Source of the DNA: Eledone cirrhosa
Lineage: Eukaryota
Length of the DNA stretch: 64,000 bases
Direction of reading: 5' to 3'
Assembly: GCA_964016885.1 (NCBI GenBank)
Contig: OZ024743.1
Coordinates: 163,432,001 to 163,496,000 of the forward strand
Shown here: in pieces, positions 13,509 through 28,404 of the stretch
Numbering within the stretch: position 1 is the stretch's first letter
How the letters are laid out: every line of letters starts with the position of its first letter
Translations under genes and position numbers: made by a program
Notes under the pieces: generated by a model
Database searches by the model: none
Seen by the model: the letters and a program-made list of their open reading frames with translations, nothing else
What the model was told of the DNA's origin: nothing

Positions 13509-14371
13509 ACACATGTGTATACACACACACACATACACAGACACGTGCACACACACACACACACCACAAAATAAAAAAGAAATTATTTATACACATATTT
13601 TACAAAAGTAACTTCTCTCCAAATTCCTGATTGAAAGCCATCACTAATACTATACTGCGACAAACAAACAAACTAAACACATACACGTGCGCACACACAC
13701 ACACAAACACACTCACCAAACTACAAAAGCAATATTTATATATACAAAAATTTTTTTTTTTTCTTTAACACAATTGAGATACACATATATACAGAAAAAT
13801 CCTCTCCCTAAAAACACTTTTGTTCTGTGAAAAGACATGTCTACGACTACTACTACAATTAACTCTCTCTCTCTATATATAAGTTTCTTTTTCTTAGACC
13901 CAGTCTTCCTCCCAACAAAAGAAATGAACAGACCTTCTTCAACACTTAATTTTTAATTCTTTTTTAATTCTTTTTTAATTCTTTTTTAATTGTAATATTT
14001 GATTCAAAACCGGTTATATTTTATATATTTTATACTCCTTATAAAACTCCTTTTTTTTTTTTTAAATTGTTCTTCTCATATTTTCAATGTTACTTTGACA
14101 AATCAAAGAAGAAAAAAAGAAAAACAGATTCTTTAAATATATTTCCATGCTGTTTCCATTCCTATTTTTTTCTATAACGTTTGTTTTGTATAGAACCTTA
14201 TTCCAATTTCAAATATATATATATATATGTCCCACCTTGCAAGCAGGGAAAAGCGGACGTAAAATGATGATGATGATGATGATATAATATAATAAAGGGA
14301 GGAGTGCAGGACAGCATTTTATATTTTTTTTATCCTGTTAGTAAAATAAGTTGAATAAATAACTTTGAATA

Positions 14372-14557
14372 AATAATTGTTTCTACTTTTGGCACAAGGC
14401 CAGCAATTACCCAGTGCATTACTGGTACTTTATTTTATCGACCCCGTAAGGATGAAAGGCAAAGTTAACCTCGGCGGGATTTGAACTCAGACCATAAAGG
14501 GCCGTAACTCTATGCGTCAAAGCATGGCGTCCGACCCTCTACCGATACTGCCAATTA
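14372..14557 (-). mobile_element. SINE family A copy
   Basis: Near identical to the reverse complement of 63225-63410; flanked by the direct repeat actttgaataaata. Confidence 0.85.
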
Positions 14558-15759
14558 CTTTGAATAAATAATGAATGAATATTATGTAATTTATCTACTA
14601 AATTTCGTTGCTCTTCATTAAACATAAAAATTCTTATATATAAAGTATTGCTTATTTTAACATTCACTTCTTAAAAATTTTCAAATGTCAACACTTCTGG
14701 TTAGCATCCATTATATCATAACACTCAATACATCGCTTATATAAACATTCATATATTTGCATCGTTATATAAGGTTTATATTTCCGTCGCTAATTTTCTC
14801 CTTTTTCATAACATTTTAGTTTATCATATATGCAGTTTATGTATAATATCGTCTTTTTTTAATGTATCATGGGTTACGTTACTGAGTACATAAGAGAGTG
14901 TAACACAGTCTTCGTTCAATTTCTGTGCATATTGTCAATTACGATTTTATTTGACGTATCATATCTACATGCATATATATATTTGCGTATAATACCAATA
15001 TGCACACTACACATGCTAGCAGAAAACTACCCAAAGTGTGGTTTTTTTTGCTTGTATATATGATAGACTTTCAACAAAAAAGTAATTTCTTCATGAACGA
15101 TCAGTGAACTTTATATATTTATAGTATACAATAATGATTTCTTTGAACATATTTAGAATTTATATAATAAACAGGAAGAGAAAAAAAGAGAAAAAGGGGG
15201 TTGAAGAAAAACCAAGCCACTTCCACCCATAACGCAAAAGAGTGAAAGATAAATAAATACCAGGATTTGACCGACCTCTTCCTTTATATGTCAGTTGTCA
15301 TTAAGATTTCTGATGTCCTCAGTCCCTGGACTGGTGTTTTCCTCTGCAAAATTGGGAGGAGTGCATCCTGCTTGAGAAGGAGGCTACATGAGTTGGAATA
15401 TGATATCGTTTGCTTTTCTCTAGGGCAATGATTTCGCCATCTTGTCCATAGAGCGCAGCTGCGGTATACCACCCAGCCAAGAGTGTAGAGTCCCTGCTTT
15501 TTTCTCCCTTCCTGCATATAATTTTAATTTCTTTTTTAAAAACTACTTTCATCATTGTATACTTCTGTTCAACAATAAATTAATTTTCAATGTTATTATA
15601 TTATTATATATGTAATTATATGTTATTACTACCAATGCTAGATTAAAACGAGGCCCTAAGCTGTATAAAGCTTGGAGACCTCACATTAAAAACATTACAC
15701 CGAAAAGGTCTCTTGAGGTGCTATTTTCCTTAATCGTTGAGGACAGGCCATAGCTGCCC

Positions 15760-16170
15760 CAGACTCACCACCTAACAATAAATAGTAGTAAATAAGTAAA
15801 CAGTGGTATAACTACATTTAATGAGTGTTTTGTCACCTTGCAATGTTGATTTCAACTCCTGTTGGGGATGTGATTTACAGAAGAAATGATTTTTGATGTG
15901 CTATAAATGTGCTACCTCAAGTAGCCCAATACATTATGGCCTTCTCCACCACACTTACCACCATGGGGAAACCTTATAAAGTGATTGTTAGACCTGCTAT
16001 ATATAGCAGCCAAATCTCCCTCAAATTACACCGTACCAGGTTTTTTTGAAAAAAAGATGGACATATAAGATAATGTAGTCCTGGAAACACTAAATAAAAT
16101 ATGTGTTGGTCATAGCTGGAATGTTTTTTGTCATGGGTTGGTTTCTCAGAGTCAACCTTGAAGTTAAAAA
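15760..16170 (-). mobile_element. Old SINE-like repeat
   Basis: Degenerate similarity to other SINE-like stretches (for example about 29750-30030); not well resolved. Confidence 0.4.
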
Positions 16171-17209
16171 AAAAATGTCAACAACACAAGTGTGAAAATG
16201 ATACCAACCATTATCGTTCTCTGTAGTTGTGATATTCTGACTTATGTTCTCCTTTGTTAGAACTTCTTGACATTGACCTGATTCCTATCTTGCTAAATAA
16301 AACATTTCAGTAGCTAATTTGTTCTGATAAAAATATCTAGAGCTGGTAGTTCTGTAAAACCTGAGAATTCTATAGAATGAACTGGCAGAAGTTAACCCTG
16401 TATCTACTGCATTGGGAGGCTTTTTGTCAAAAAGGCAGAATGTTGAATGCAGATAACTATTTTGTATTCCATTCCACCTTCTTTCGGGAGCAAGATAATG
16501 TAAAAATCAGATGTAAAAATTAATTATCATTGCATTTTTTTCTTTGTTTGAAATTAAAATTGAAAACTTTCAAAATCATAATTGCTGACAGTTTCTTGTG
16601 CTAACCAAGAAACTATCAATGTATGTCAATTTAAAAGCTGTCCAATTGACATACAGAACTATAGTTGTTAGCATCCTTGATAGAAAAAAATAACTCAGTG
16701 GAACTGCAACACATGAGATTGCATACAGCATTGAATCGTCACAATTATGTATTTCTTTTCAACAACATACAAGCTTAAAAAGTGGTGGAATTTAATAAAG
16801 TCTCTTTGTTAGATGCTAGTCTAGCCTGTTGTTTTGGATTCTGATTTCTAGATCATTGGCATAGGTTTGGAATATTTTCTATGGTCATCTGTAGAATTGA
16901 GTGAGGGCGGAGATGTGGTTGTGTTGTGAATATCATCTACGTAGGAGGCAGGGCATGTGTTTTGTTGTTATGAACTGGTAGTCAAGAATATTATATGTAG
17001 ATGCTGTTTAACACTCACTGGTCTAATTTTAGAGTATCTGATGCCAAGGTAAATTTCATCTGGATTTGTTTGAAAATTGAGCACAACAAACATTTCTTAT
17101 CAATATAGCTTTAAAAACAAGAATCTCAATTTTAGCACACATGTTTACACTAAGTGTTAAAGGTTAAAACGTGACAACTTTATGAAAAGAGCTGAAAAAA
17201 TCGAATATG

Positions 17210-17579
17210 CTACAAAGTGAAACCTACAGTCAGTAGGCACTTCTTAACCAAAATACACCCCCGTCCCACTAACCTTACCCCCACCGCCATCTACACCACC
17301 CCTTTCGATGTAAAGCTATGTTGGTACCACAACATCCAGTCCTAAATAAATGAGGTCGTGTAGGTGTCACAACAAAAAAAAAACACAGTCCACGCTGTAA
17401 TGTGGCCGTGTAGGTAACACGGTAAAAACCTCCCAGTCCACACTGTAAACGTGGTTGGTGTTAGGAAGGGCATCCAGCCAGACAGTCTTGAGCAAGACAA
17501 CCAATCTTGCCTCAAGTGGGACAATTCCCGTCCAGACCCATGCAAGCGTGGAAGATGGACGTTAAACGATGATGATGAT
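17210..17579 (+). mobile_element. RTEX-like 3'UTR copy
   Basis: Highly similar to 13116-13508, with a (GAT)n tail. Confidence 0.88.
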
Positions 17580-17670
17580 ACCATGGTTTATTCTTCCCTC
17601 TCAAAACCAATGTCATCTCAGTACAGCCTTTGAACTTATTTTTGCCACTCAAAATATACAAAAAGTGTGC

Positions 17671-17772
17671 AATACATCAAAAAACATCACAATACATCAA
17701 AAAACATCACAATACATCAAAAAACATCACAATACATCAAAAAACATCACAATACATCAAAAAACATCACAA
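17671..17772. repeat. 20-bp minisatellite (aatacatcaaaaaacatcac) x5
   Basis: Directly visible perfect tandem units. Confidence 0.95.
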
Positions 17773-17829
17773 ACAATTTCTGGTCATCTTTGAAACTGTT
17801 CACTGATGAAAATTATACTTCCAATCATC

Positions 17830-19340
17830 TTCGTAATTCCTTCCGTTATTCAGCTGCCCACAAATGACACTTTACTCCAGTCCACACCGGATGTCCTATC
17901 AGCGCTTCACCACAAACACCCAGACCCCCCCAGCTGACATCAGGGATGTCCTAGCCTCATCCAGTAATATTTCCCTAGCTGCGCCTAGTGACGATGTAGT
18001 AACTACTCTGAGATCCTTCCCAAGGAGCAGCCGTGGCAGATGCGAGGCTGCAGCTCATGCAGCTACACACTTTATAGAGCATATGGCACCATCGTCACCC
18101 CAAATCTTTGTGAAGCTGGACATGGAAAACTCCTTCAACAGTGTTTGGCAGGATCACATCTTAGAGACATGTCTCAGACAAGCCCCCTCTATTTATCCTC
18201 TCACTCACCTCTCATAAGGAAAACCCAGCACACCCATGGCAGCTGACAACAAGGTTTCTTCCACTATGGGTGTCCAGCAAGGAGACCCACTCTGTCTGCT
18301 CCTCTTTGTGATGGCAGTTGGCGATGTTGCCCGCTCTGTCCAGTCGCCCTTTAACGTTTGGTACTTGGATGACGCGACCCTGGGTGGCTCAGCTGAGATG
18401 GTAGTTGAGGACTTTCAGCTAATCATCCTAGCCCTAAAGCTCTACGGACTTGAGATCAACCCATCCAAGTCTGAAATGATAAGCGTTAACTATGGAGAGG
18501 CTGAATTCCACAATATCCACTCTGCTTCCACTTCAGATCTGACACTGACAGCCTAATTCTCCTCAATCTCCTCTGGTCACACCCTTGTCAGTGAGGTCCT
18601 CAGCCAGACAGCCAAACTTGATGTGGCCCCAGAACTTGAGCAGGCTATGGCCAACTGGACAGGTGAAGGCCTCTCTTCCCAATGTAAGTGTAGGTCTTCC
18701 TTCAGGCAGATTGAGTCTGGCTTGGATCAATACTACCTCACCTACCTCTGATTCACTTTGCAGCTAAAGAGCGGCATGTAGCTCAATTCAGTGCCCTCCT
18801 CATCAACTGGTACCTTCCTTGATGATGAGTGCACTCGCATTGGAGTGGCCCAATTCCTTGGCCTCTGTGTGTGTGAGGCTGTTGTTGATGAGTTTGGTTT
18901 GCACCCATTGTCATGCCACCAGAGCACAGGCCAGTTCCCCCTCCCCCCACAACATGCTGCTCTCAACAACATATTGAGAAGGAGCCTGGATGCAGCTGGC
19001 TTTCCATCACAACTGGAGCCAGCAGGCCTTGACTGTGGAAATCGTAATCGCCCCGATGGAGTTAACCTCTTCCCATTCAAAGGAGGTAAATGCCTCATCT
19101 GGGATGCCACATGCTGTGACACCTTTTCTGCCTCCAACTAAGTTGCTTCAACCACTACCCTGGCACTGCGGCCTGCAATGCAGAGGACAGAAAGTCAAGC
19201 ATGCACAGCTGCTTCCTCTTCGCACTGGTCACCATCAAAATCAGAAGGAAACCTACAAAGTGGGGTGGCTGTTGCAGTGAGTGTTGCTAGCCATTGTCCA
19301 CAGAAATGCCTTTGCAGTTTTGTCCATGGGACACAGCCTA
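17830..19340 (+). mobile_element. CRE-clade-like LINE fragment (RT plus restriction-like endonuclease)
   Basis: CEAAAHA, KLDMENSFNSV, GVQQGDPL..LLF, WYLDDATLGG, GLHPLSC, RPDGVNLFPFKGGKCLIWDATCCDT. Confidence 0.85.
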
Positions 19341-19564
19341 AACACTGTCAGCCCTTCTCCCTTCCCCCCCCCCCATTCTTCTGTGGCCTCTTAGTCCTTG
19401 CTTTTTCCCTCCCTTTCTTCTCATTCGTGGCATTTATAGCCCTTTCTCCTACTTTCCTATACAGTCAGATCTGACCCTTTTTACCTCCTCTGTTCGCTGC
19501 TTGGTTTTGTTTTCATCCTTTTTTTCTTTTTTTCTTTTTCTTTCATATTTCCATCAATATTTGT

Positions 19565-21200
19565 ATTGACTTCTGCCCAGGTCTTCCTTGGTCTCCCTCT
19601 ACTGCAGTTTCCTGCCACTGGGATTTCTTGGTACTTCTTCACCAAACAATCATCATCCAGGTGCATCACATGTCCATACCAGTGCAATCTGCTTTCATGC
19701 ATACTACATCTGATTCCTTTTATACTCAGTTTTTCTCTCAGTTCATCCAAGCTCTGCCTTTCTCTAACATTAATATTGCACATTCATTGAAGCATGTTTG
19801 CTTCATTTCTCTCCATGCATTGCATATCCTCTGCATTCGCGGCCCATGTTTCTCTACCATGCAACATCGCACTTTTGTACACAACTGTCATACAGTTGGC
19901 CTTTCATTCATTAGCTGAGGGTGTAGCTCCCTAAACTTCTGCAATCTTGTCCTTATTCTAGCTACTATGCTCTTGGAGTACCCTCCTCTACTGTTAGATC
20001 ACTTACATAGCAGAAACTATCAATCACTTCTATGGGATTGGGAAAAGTTTATAACTCTGACCCTCTTTCTATCAATTATCCCTATACATCTATTGCACAC
20101 CAAGTCTACTTTTCCTGTTAGTCCACTGCTATTCCACTCCAGGGCCACTTCCCTGATTGAGTTAGAATTCCATCTTCTTTCCTACTTACTAATACTTTAG
20201 TTTTCACTGTTTACTCTTGGCCCTTTTGATTCTATGTTCTGTTTCCACAGCTATAACTATCTCTGACAGTGCAGTAGATTTACTGTTTTTCATCTCTTTG
20301 ATTGCTTCTTTGATAGCTGATCCATTTGTTGGGTCAGCTGGCAGTAGTCTCTCTTCCTCACACTTATTCTTTCCATTCAACATCCTGATTCACACAGACA
20401 CACTGCCTTGCAATGCAGACTATCTCACAACTCTGATCCTCACATTGTAAGAAATTGGCAAGTCTCTTTCTTTCAGCCACTTTGTATATTATGTATACCT
20501 GTCATCTAGCTTCCCTTTTAGCTACCTGGTACTGGTCTATGCTGCCCCCATTTTTCAAGTCTTTCTATGCCTGTCTCTTGGCTTTAATGGTTCTATCCAC
20601 TGTACTGTTCCATCACCAGGTCACTCTCTGTCTGACTGTGACTTTGCTTCAGCCACAAGTCTTATCAGAAGTTTGCAGTAGTTTGTCACATAGGAATTTC
20701 CAATTGTCCTCTATGTCATGTTTATAACTCATATTCCCTCTCATCATATGCATAACATAGAGCTTTTCTAAACCTGTATTTAAGAGAAAACTCCTTTAAC
20801 GTCCATACTCTTCTCCTCCAGATTTTCTTGCATTTCTTGTTATGTCATGCACTTATTCTTATGTCACTCACAACTAACTCCTGTAGTTTGGCCTTGAGAA
20901 CAATAATAAACAGGAGCCCTGGTAAACTGCCACCTAAATATTAAATTCCTTACTACAGTATACTTATTGTTAACTCTAACCTCTGTATAAAGCTTGCACT
21001 GCCATCACAAACCATTCATCTACCCCTATTTTCCTGAGAGCCCAGCAGATTATGAAATAGAGGACCCTATCAAATGCTTTCTCCAAGTCAATAAATTCCA
21101 GATAGAGAAGCGTACTCTTAGCTAGATACTTCTCCTGCAGCTGTCTCACAATGAAGAGGACATCTGTAGTACTTTACACAGCGCAAAGCCAAACTGGAAC
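19565..21200 (-). mobile_element. Fragmented RTEX-like LINE
   Basis: LHWYGHVMH..GRPRKTW; the reverse complement matches several segments of 23336-25107 with large deletions. Confidence 0.8.
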
Positions 21201-22599
21201 TTCTCTGAGTAGATAATTTATTAATATATCGTATCCTTTCATTGAGATGTTTACGTATTAGAGACAGTTAACTTTATAAAGTTATAAATTAATACTGGCT
21301 GTTCCATCATTGTTGAACTGATTTAGACGGTTTTGGCTACTATTTCCAGCATCAATATAACCCTTTCATATTGTCCTAATACATTAAGTGGGCTATATTC
21401 ATACAGTAATTCAGGGATGCAACACATAGGACACAATGCAGTCTAGCAATGACATGGTATGTATGATATATTTTCAACTTGTCTCCTTAGGTTGAATATA
21501 TTCATATAGTAATTCAGGGAAGCAACACGTTCGCCATGTGGTCTAGCAACAACATGGTGTGTATGATATATATTCAACTTGTCCCTTTATTCCTAAGAAA
21601 AAATTCATATCCCAATAAAGGAACTGAAATTTCTCCAATGTCTTGGAATTGCCGGTGTTGCATCTTGAGTTCCAGAAACGACGGTTGGGGAACTCTACAA
21701 TTAAAAACTGACTTTCTTTAGCCAGTCTAGCTTATAACCTGTAGATATGATACATCAAATAAAATCATAATTGACAATATATTATACATAGAAATTGAAC
21801 GAAGACTGCATTACACTGTCTTATTTAATCAGTAATGTAATCCATGATACATTAAAAAAGACGATATTATATATAAACTGCATTAGGAGAAAATTAGTAT
21901 GTTTATTTAAGCGATGGCCAACCGGAAGTGTTGACATTTCAGAAATTTTAAAGAAGTCCCGCGCTCCTTACTTTATTATAGTTTAGATGAGTTTTTTTAA
22001 AAAAAGAGTTAATAAATAAATAAAACGTTATACTTGTTTTACCCTCCCATTTCCAATTAAACCAGACGCTATCATTACTGTATGTGTGTGTTTGTGAAAA
22101 TGTATATGTGTGAATGTATGTATGTTTGTGTGGATGTATGTATATTTGTGTGAAAGTATGTGTGAATGTATGTATATTTGTGTGAAAGTATGTGTGAATG
22201 TATGTATATTTGTGTGAATTATGTCCGTGAGAGTGTATTTTTATAAGTCTGTGTTTGCGTGATTATAGTTATATACTCATAATAGTTATATACTCATACA
22301 TATAGATGTATGTATGTGCACAATCATACCCGTCAGGTGTAGAAAATCATAATCTTTCTCATCATAAACTCTCTCTTTCTATATATATGGTAGTTGAAAT
22401 GGTGGTGGTGGCGACGATATACCAGAAGTGTAACTTTGAAAAGAAGTCAATTTGAAATTATTTATTAATACAAAATTATTTTTGTTTACAAAATTGAGTA
22501 CATAAATTATGTAATATTCATTCATTATTTATTCAAAGTAATCCAACTTATTTTACAAACGGGATAAAAAAAAATAAACCGTACGCAATCCCGCAGACC

Positions 22600-23187
22600 T
22601 TCCTTACATAGAGAACAGATCACAAGTGGCCGATAGTAATACAGCCACCAGATATGGTGGTTAGTTGCGATATAAGCGGGCACCTGCCAGATGAATAAGC
22701 AATCCTGGTCCAACAGTGGTAAACTACAAGGGAGATGGAGCAATGGGTGACACCTGTTGTTCCTAAGAACACTCACACAACTCAGTGATGTAGCTATGAC
22801 AAGGCGAGTAAAGTCAGCTCTAAAAAAGCCTAGTCTTCACGGGTTTGAGAAAATACCAGATTGGTGACTGGCGTGAATAAGACCACCAAAACTGCAATAT
22901 GGTGAGAGGTATGAACCATACCACATCGTCCTTCATGCAGATTAACAAGGGCCTTAAGTAGAGGGGCCTGTTTGAAAAATATATTGCAGTCTCCAGAAAC
23001 TGGTGATGAGCCTGTGACCTGTCATGTGAGGCGCGGAGTGGACGTACAAAGATTGCGTATCCTGAGACTCTAAAGAGGGTTCAGAATGGAGCAAACCTTG
23101 ACAAATATATATATATATATATATATAAATGAAAGTATATATATATATATAAAGTATATATATATATATATATATATATTAAACTCA

Positions 23188-23224
<37 letters not shown>

Positions 23225-25107
23225 CTCATTAAACTCAGACTAGTCCTGAATAAAACAATTACCACAATAATATCAGCTTACGCACCCCAATCGGGCCTGC
23301 CAGACGAACTTAAGGATAGGTTTTACGAGTCGCTAATGCACACTACTGCTCTAACAAACGACAATGACTTCCTAATCATCGCAGGAGATTTTAACGGAGA
23401 CGTAGGTAAACACTGCGATGGCTTCAATAGAGTACATGGAGGCCATGGGGTTGGCACAAGGAATGAGGAAGGATTCAGACTTCTAGAATTCTGCGATGCC
23501 AATGACATGTCGATATGTAACACAAACTTTAAAAAACCCGACAACCACCTGATCACCTATAGATCAGGGGAGCATTCTAGTCAGATAGATTTTATCCTCA
23601 TCAGAGGACGTGACAGATGGACGATCGTAAACACAAAAGCCTTCCCTAGTGAGGAATGTACATCCCAACATAGCTTAGTTTTCAGCGACCTCACGGTCAG
23701 AACTAGACGAACCCGGAAACAGAGGCCAACCTGGAGAAGAAAGATCTGGAAGCTGAAAGACCCCTCAACCAGTAACAGATTTAAAGATATTTTACTCAAC
23801 GCCTATGACAGTAAAGAAGAACAGATAGAGACATTTAATGTAGAAGAGAACTGGGAGTTCCTAAAAAATAATTTACTAGAGGCGACGGATGAGGTCTGTG
23901 GCTGGAGTAAGACCTCAAGCAGGAGGAGAGTGACTTGGTGGTGGAACAATAAGGTAGATGAAGCAGTTAAGGCCAAGAGACAGGCATGGAAAGAATGGAA
24001 GAACGGGGGAGGGGGGGGGGGGGCAGGGTACATTACATAGAGACCAAGAGGGAAGCTAGGCAACAAGTATACTTAGCTAGGAGGGAAGCAGAGGATAGAA
24101 AATTCAAGCATGTTTTGCAACGTGAGGACCAGAAACAGGAGGTATTCAAGATTGCGAGGCAGTGTGTCAGAGATAGTTGTGATGTCATTGGAGAGAAGTG
24201 TATCCGGAATGATAAAGGTGAGCTTGCCCTCACAAGTGCTGAGAAGAAAGATGCATGGAAGAGTCATTATGATAGATTACTAAATGAGGAGAATGCATGG
24301 GAAGAAGAGACCCTACCCCAAGTAGACCCTATAGAGGGGCCAGCAGTACAAGTCAGCAGCAGCGTAGTAAGTAAGGCAATCAAAGATATGAAGATGGAGA
24401 AGGCAACCGATCCATCGGGTATAGCTGCCGAGATGCTGAAGGCATCTGGTTCTGTAGGTCACACTATAACCACACGTATCGTTAACCAGGTAATACTAGA
24501 AGGTGTCATACCAAAAGATTGGTGCAGTAGCATCATTGTCAACTGCTACAAAGGTAAAGGCGATGCACTAGATAGAGGAAACTATAGAGGTATAAAGTTG
24601 ATGGACCAGGTCATGAAAGTAACAGAAAGAGTTATAGCACAGTTGATTAGGGACCGGGTGAAAATAGACGAGATGCAATTTGGGTTTGTATCAGGAAGAG
24701 GCACCACTGATGCCCCCTTCCTTGTGAGGCAATTACAGGAAAAGTACCTAGCTAAAAGTAAGCCACTCTACTTGGCATTTGTCGACCTTGAGAAAGCCTT
24801 TGACAGAGTTCCACATGCTGTAATCTGGTGGGCTCTTAGAAAACTAGGAGTAGATGAATGGCTTGTGAAAGCGGTACAAGCCATGTATAGGGGAGCAGTC
24901 AGCAAAGTTAGGATTAGCAATGAGTATAGCGAGGAATTTAGCGTACAGGTTGGGGTCCACCAGGGATCTGTTCTTAGCCCTCTCCTGTTCATCATAGTTC
25001 TGCAGGCAATAATGGAGGAGTTTAAGACCGGATGCCCATGGGAACTCCTGTATGCAGATGACCTCGTACTTATAGCTGAATCTATGGTAGAACTAGAGGA
25101 GAAATTC
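22600..25107 (+). mobile_element. RTEX-like LINE 5' part (probable 5'UTR, APE, RT up to YADD)
   Basis: ISAYAPQ, IAGDFNGDVG, SQIDFIL, NYRGIKL, FVDLEKAFDRV, GVHQGSVLSPLLF, YADDL. Frameshift in a G-run near 24005-24022 and a (TA)n interruption at 23105-23235. Confidence 0.9.
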
Positions 25108-27340
25108 CTTCAACTCCTTTGTGGACACTTCCCGACATACATTGATTGCTTCAATTTCCACAAGCGTTCTTGTTGCACCAACCTTACTTGAGCCAAGCTC
25201 TTTGCTCTGTGCATCCTATGGCACCGCGATAACATTGTCATTTAACTCACTGATAAAGGTGGTGCCATGGTAGTGTGGCACACAGACTTCTGTATGACTG
25301 AGGTCCTCCATCAGTTTTACAACATCCAATTTTATCGTCCTTTATCTTCTGCTCCCAACTCCAGGCTACCAATAAGCTCATTTCTTCTACCATTCACCAA
25401 CTCATCTCCTCCTCTCTCCTACCCCTGACTATCACTAATCTTATAATATGCACCTGTTGCACACCAACCATCTACTTCCTCCTCAAGATACATACACCAT
25501 ATAATCCCAGCCATCCTATCATTTCTGCTTCAACTGCTCTAAAATAATCTCTCAATACCTTGACACCCTCTTTTCCCCCTAGTCACCAACCTCCCCTCCC
25601 ACATCCATGATACTAATCACGCTCTTTGACTGTTTGTCTCCTTCTCCTCTTCTGGCCCATCTCGCCTTCTCTTCACTCTAGATATCAACTCTCCTTTCAC
25701 TGTGATGACAGTCTCCATGCACTCTGACATTTTTTGGACTTATGTCCTGCACCCTACCCTAGCACTCCCACTCTTCTCCACCTTGCTGAGCTCATTCTCA
25801 TCCTCAATGGGTTTTCCTTTTTCAGAGAATTTTACCAGCAAATCTCTGGGGTAGCCATGGGAACCAGAACAGCCCAAACTATGCCAACTTGTTCATTGGC
25901 TACATTAAGGCCCTGATCTTCTCCCAGTACATGGGACCTGTCGCTTAGCTATACACCTCAACTCCTTTCTTTTCTTCATCCAATTTCTTTATCCTGCCCT
26001 CACCTTCAATACCTCCATATCCAACTCTTCTGTTCAATTTCTCAACATCTCTCTCTCTCTTTCGATGACTCTCTCTACACCCTCTCTACCTCCATCTTCT
26101 ACCTCCATCTCCGTGAAACAGACTGTACCACAGTCCCCTCACCCACAATCCCCCTAACATCCTGAACCACCCCACCAACCTACATCTGCCATATCCTCCT
26201 TTGCCTCCACACCCTTTCTTCTGACCCCATCACTTTTCACTTCTTTCTCAACCCACCCATCACTGCCTTTAAGTGAACCCATAATCTCTGCAACCTCCTG
26301 GCATGCAGTTCCTTCCTTTCCTCCTTTATGACTCCCCCTATCTCTCATCCCTGTTCGTGCCCCAACAGTAACACCTGTCCCATCATTTCCAACCTCCTCA
26401 CTCTCACAGGCCCTAAAAGTTCTTTCCAGATCTGCCACACCTTCACCTGCACATCTACCCACATTGGTGCTCCTTTTGCAGGTCCTTATACATCGGACAA
26501 ACAGGCTGTTGTCTGGGGGACTGATTCACCGAACACTTGAGGGACAGACGACTTGGTAACAATAACCCATCACCAACCACTTCCATTCCCCAGGCCACTC
26601 CTCTTTACATATCTCAGTCCTAGATGTCCTTTTGTATCACGGATCACTGGCCTTGCGCACCAGGACTGAGCAGAATTTATTTTCTGCCTTGGTTCCAGTT
26701 TCCATAATGAACTTAACTCCCCTCCACGATTTCTTTAATCTATATTTACCTTTGCACACATATGCTCGCACTTGCTTCTATACTCCTAGCCACTGTCACC
26801 CCTACCTCATCTGCTGTCACACACATTCATCCCTCAAGTTTCCTATGGCTCAGTTATGGTCAGAAACACTCACCCATACAGCTTTGTTCAGACCAACAAC
26901 AAACACGCATGCACAAATGCACACACACACACATATCCTCACAGCTTCATACAGATAAACAATATAAGCATGCACACACTTACACAATTATGCATCCACT
27001 CTATATACAAAATATTTTTTTACTTTTCCATATGATAGAGACGTCTTTGATCACAACCTTTCAAAAGATGGCCAACTGAAATAAACACTCTTATCAACAG
27101 TTTTCCAAGAGATGGCAAAATGAACAGACCTACTTTTTCTGGAAGTAATTTTTTTCCGTTTCTCTCCGTTCACTCTCCTCTATCTTATAATTTCTTCTTT
27201 AATTTCTCCTTTTATTTTCTGATGAAGGACTAGCGTCTGAAACGTTAAGACTCTTTTCCTAATATATCAAACGTAAAACTTATATATTTCTTCATTGTAC
27301 TGGCTCGTTTGTTTTGTTATTTCTGTTTACTTTTTGTATA
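25108..27340 (+). mobile_element. Penelope-like element (C-rich family), decayed, with 3' pLTR
   Basis: DKGGAMVVW, IYFLLKIH, QQISGVAMGTR, FTCTS..YIGQTG; same family as 54600-56310. Confidence 0.85.
27215..27251 (+). ncRNA. Minimal hammerhead ribozyme motif in the PLE 3' region
   Basis: tttt-CTGATGA-aggac tagc gtct-GAAA-cgt-TA-aga; palindromic AACGTT stem III, weak stem I. Confidence 0.65.
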
Positions 27341-27374
27341 CATATAATATGAACATTATATGTACAATAGTATT

Positions 27375-28400
27375 GTAAAGTAATACAAAATAGCCTAGCA
27401 GCTATCGTCAACTACTACAAGGGCAAAGGAGATGCTATAGACAGAGAAAACTATAGAGGCATTAAGTTGGTTGACCAGGATATGAAGGTTATAGAAGAGT
27501 TGTAGCACAGCTGATTAAGGATCGAGTTAAACTAGATGAGATGCAGTTTGGATTTGTGCCAGGTAAAAGTACCACAGATACTTACTACCTTGTGAGGCAA
27601 CTGCAGGAGCTAAAAATAAACCCCTGTACTTGGCATCTGTTGACCTGGAGAAAGCTTTTGAAAGAGTCTCCCCATTCCATTATCTAGAGAGGTTTTAGAA
27701 AACTAGGAGTAGATGAGTGGCTTATGAGGGCAGTACAATCCATGTATTGAAGAACAGTCAGCAAGGTCAGAATTAACAATGACTATAGCGAAGAATTTAG
27801 CGTGCAGGCTGGTGTCCATCAGGGCTCAGTTCTTAACCCTCTCCTATTTATTAGACGAGTTTAAGACTGGCTACCCATGGGAACTTCTGTATGCAGAACC
27901 TAATCCTTATAGCTGAATCTATAGCATAATTAGAGAAGAAATTCCAAACCTGAAAGCATGGCTTAGAATCAAAAGATCTTAAATTCTAACATAATAAAAA
28001 TCCAAGTTCTAGTATGTAGAAAGCAAAACAGGGCCCATATTCCCTCAGAGAATTGGCCTTGTTCAGTGTGCAGAAAAGGAGTAGGCAGAAATTCCATCCT
28101 ATGTCTCAAATGGAAATTATGGGTACACAAGAGGTGTATCTCAGGCAGCCTAGCAAAGAACATAGGTTTTACATGTGACCAATGTACAGGTGCACTAAGT
28201 TGCAAGAGCCAAAGGGCTACTAGCTCCTTCAAATGCCCAGAGGGCTCTGTAGAAATAGTAGATAGTTTCTGTTATTGTATATTTAATTATCAGTGGAGGA
28301 GGGTGTTTTGAAAGCACAGTAGCCAGAGTGAGAATGGGTTGGAGAAAGTTCAGGAAGTTACTATTGCTGCTAACTACAAAAGGTTTTTCCTTCAAAATGA
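27375..28400 (+). mobile_element. Second RTEX-like RT/PHD fragment
   Basis: Overlaps the region already encoded at 24500-25107, so it is a separate copy; CRKGVGRNSILC..WVHKRC..FTCDQC. Confidence 0.85.
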
Positions 28401-28404
28401 GAGA

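Noticed and set aside
16810-17000. Possible exon
   Set aside because: The minus strand contains YVDDI among stops, so it is probably an ancient LINE RT remnant.
23336-28400. One RTEX element split by a PLE
   Set aside because: The downstream piece repeats about 600 bp already present upstream and is more decayed, so these are two copies.
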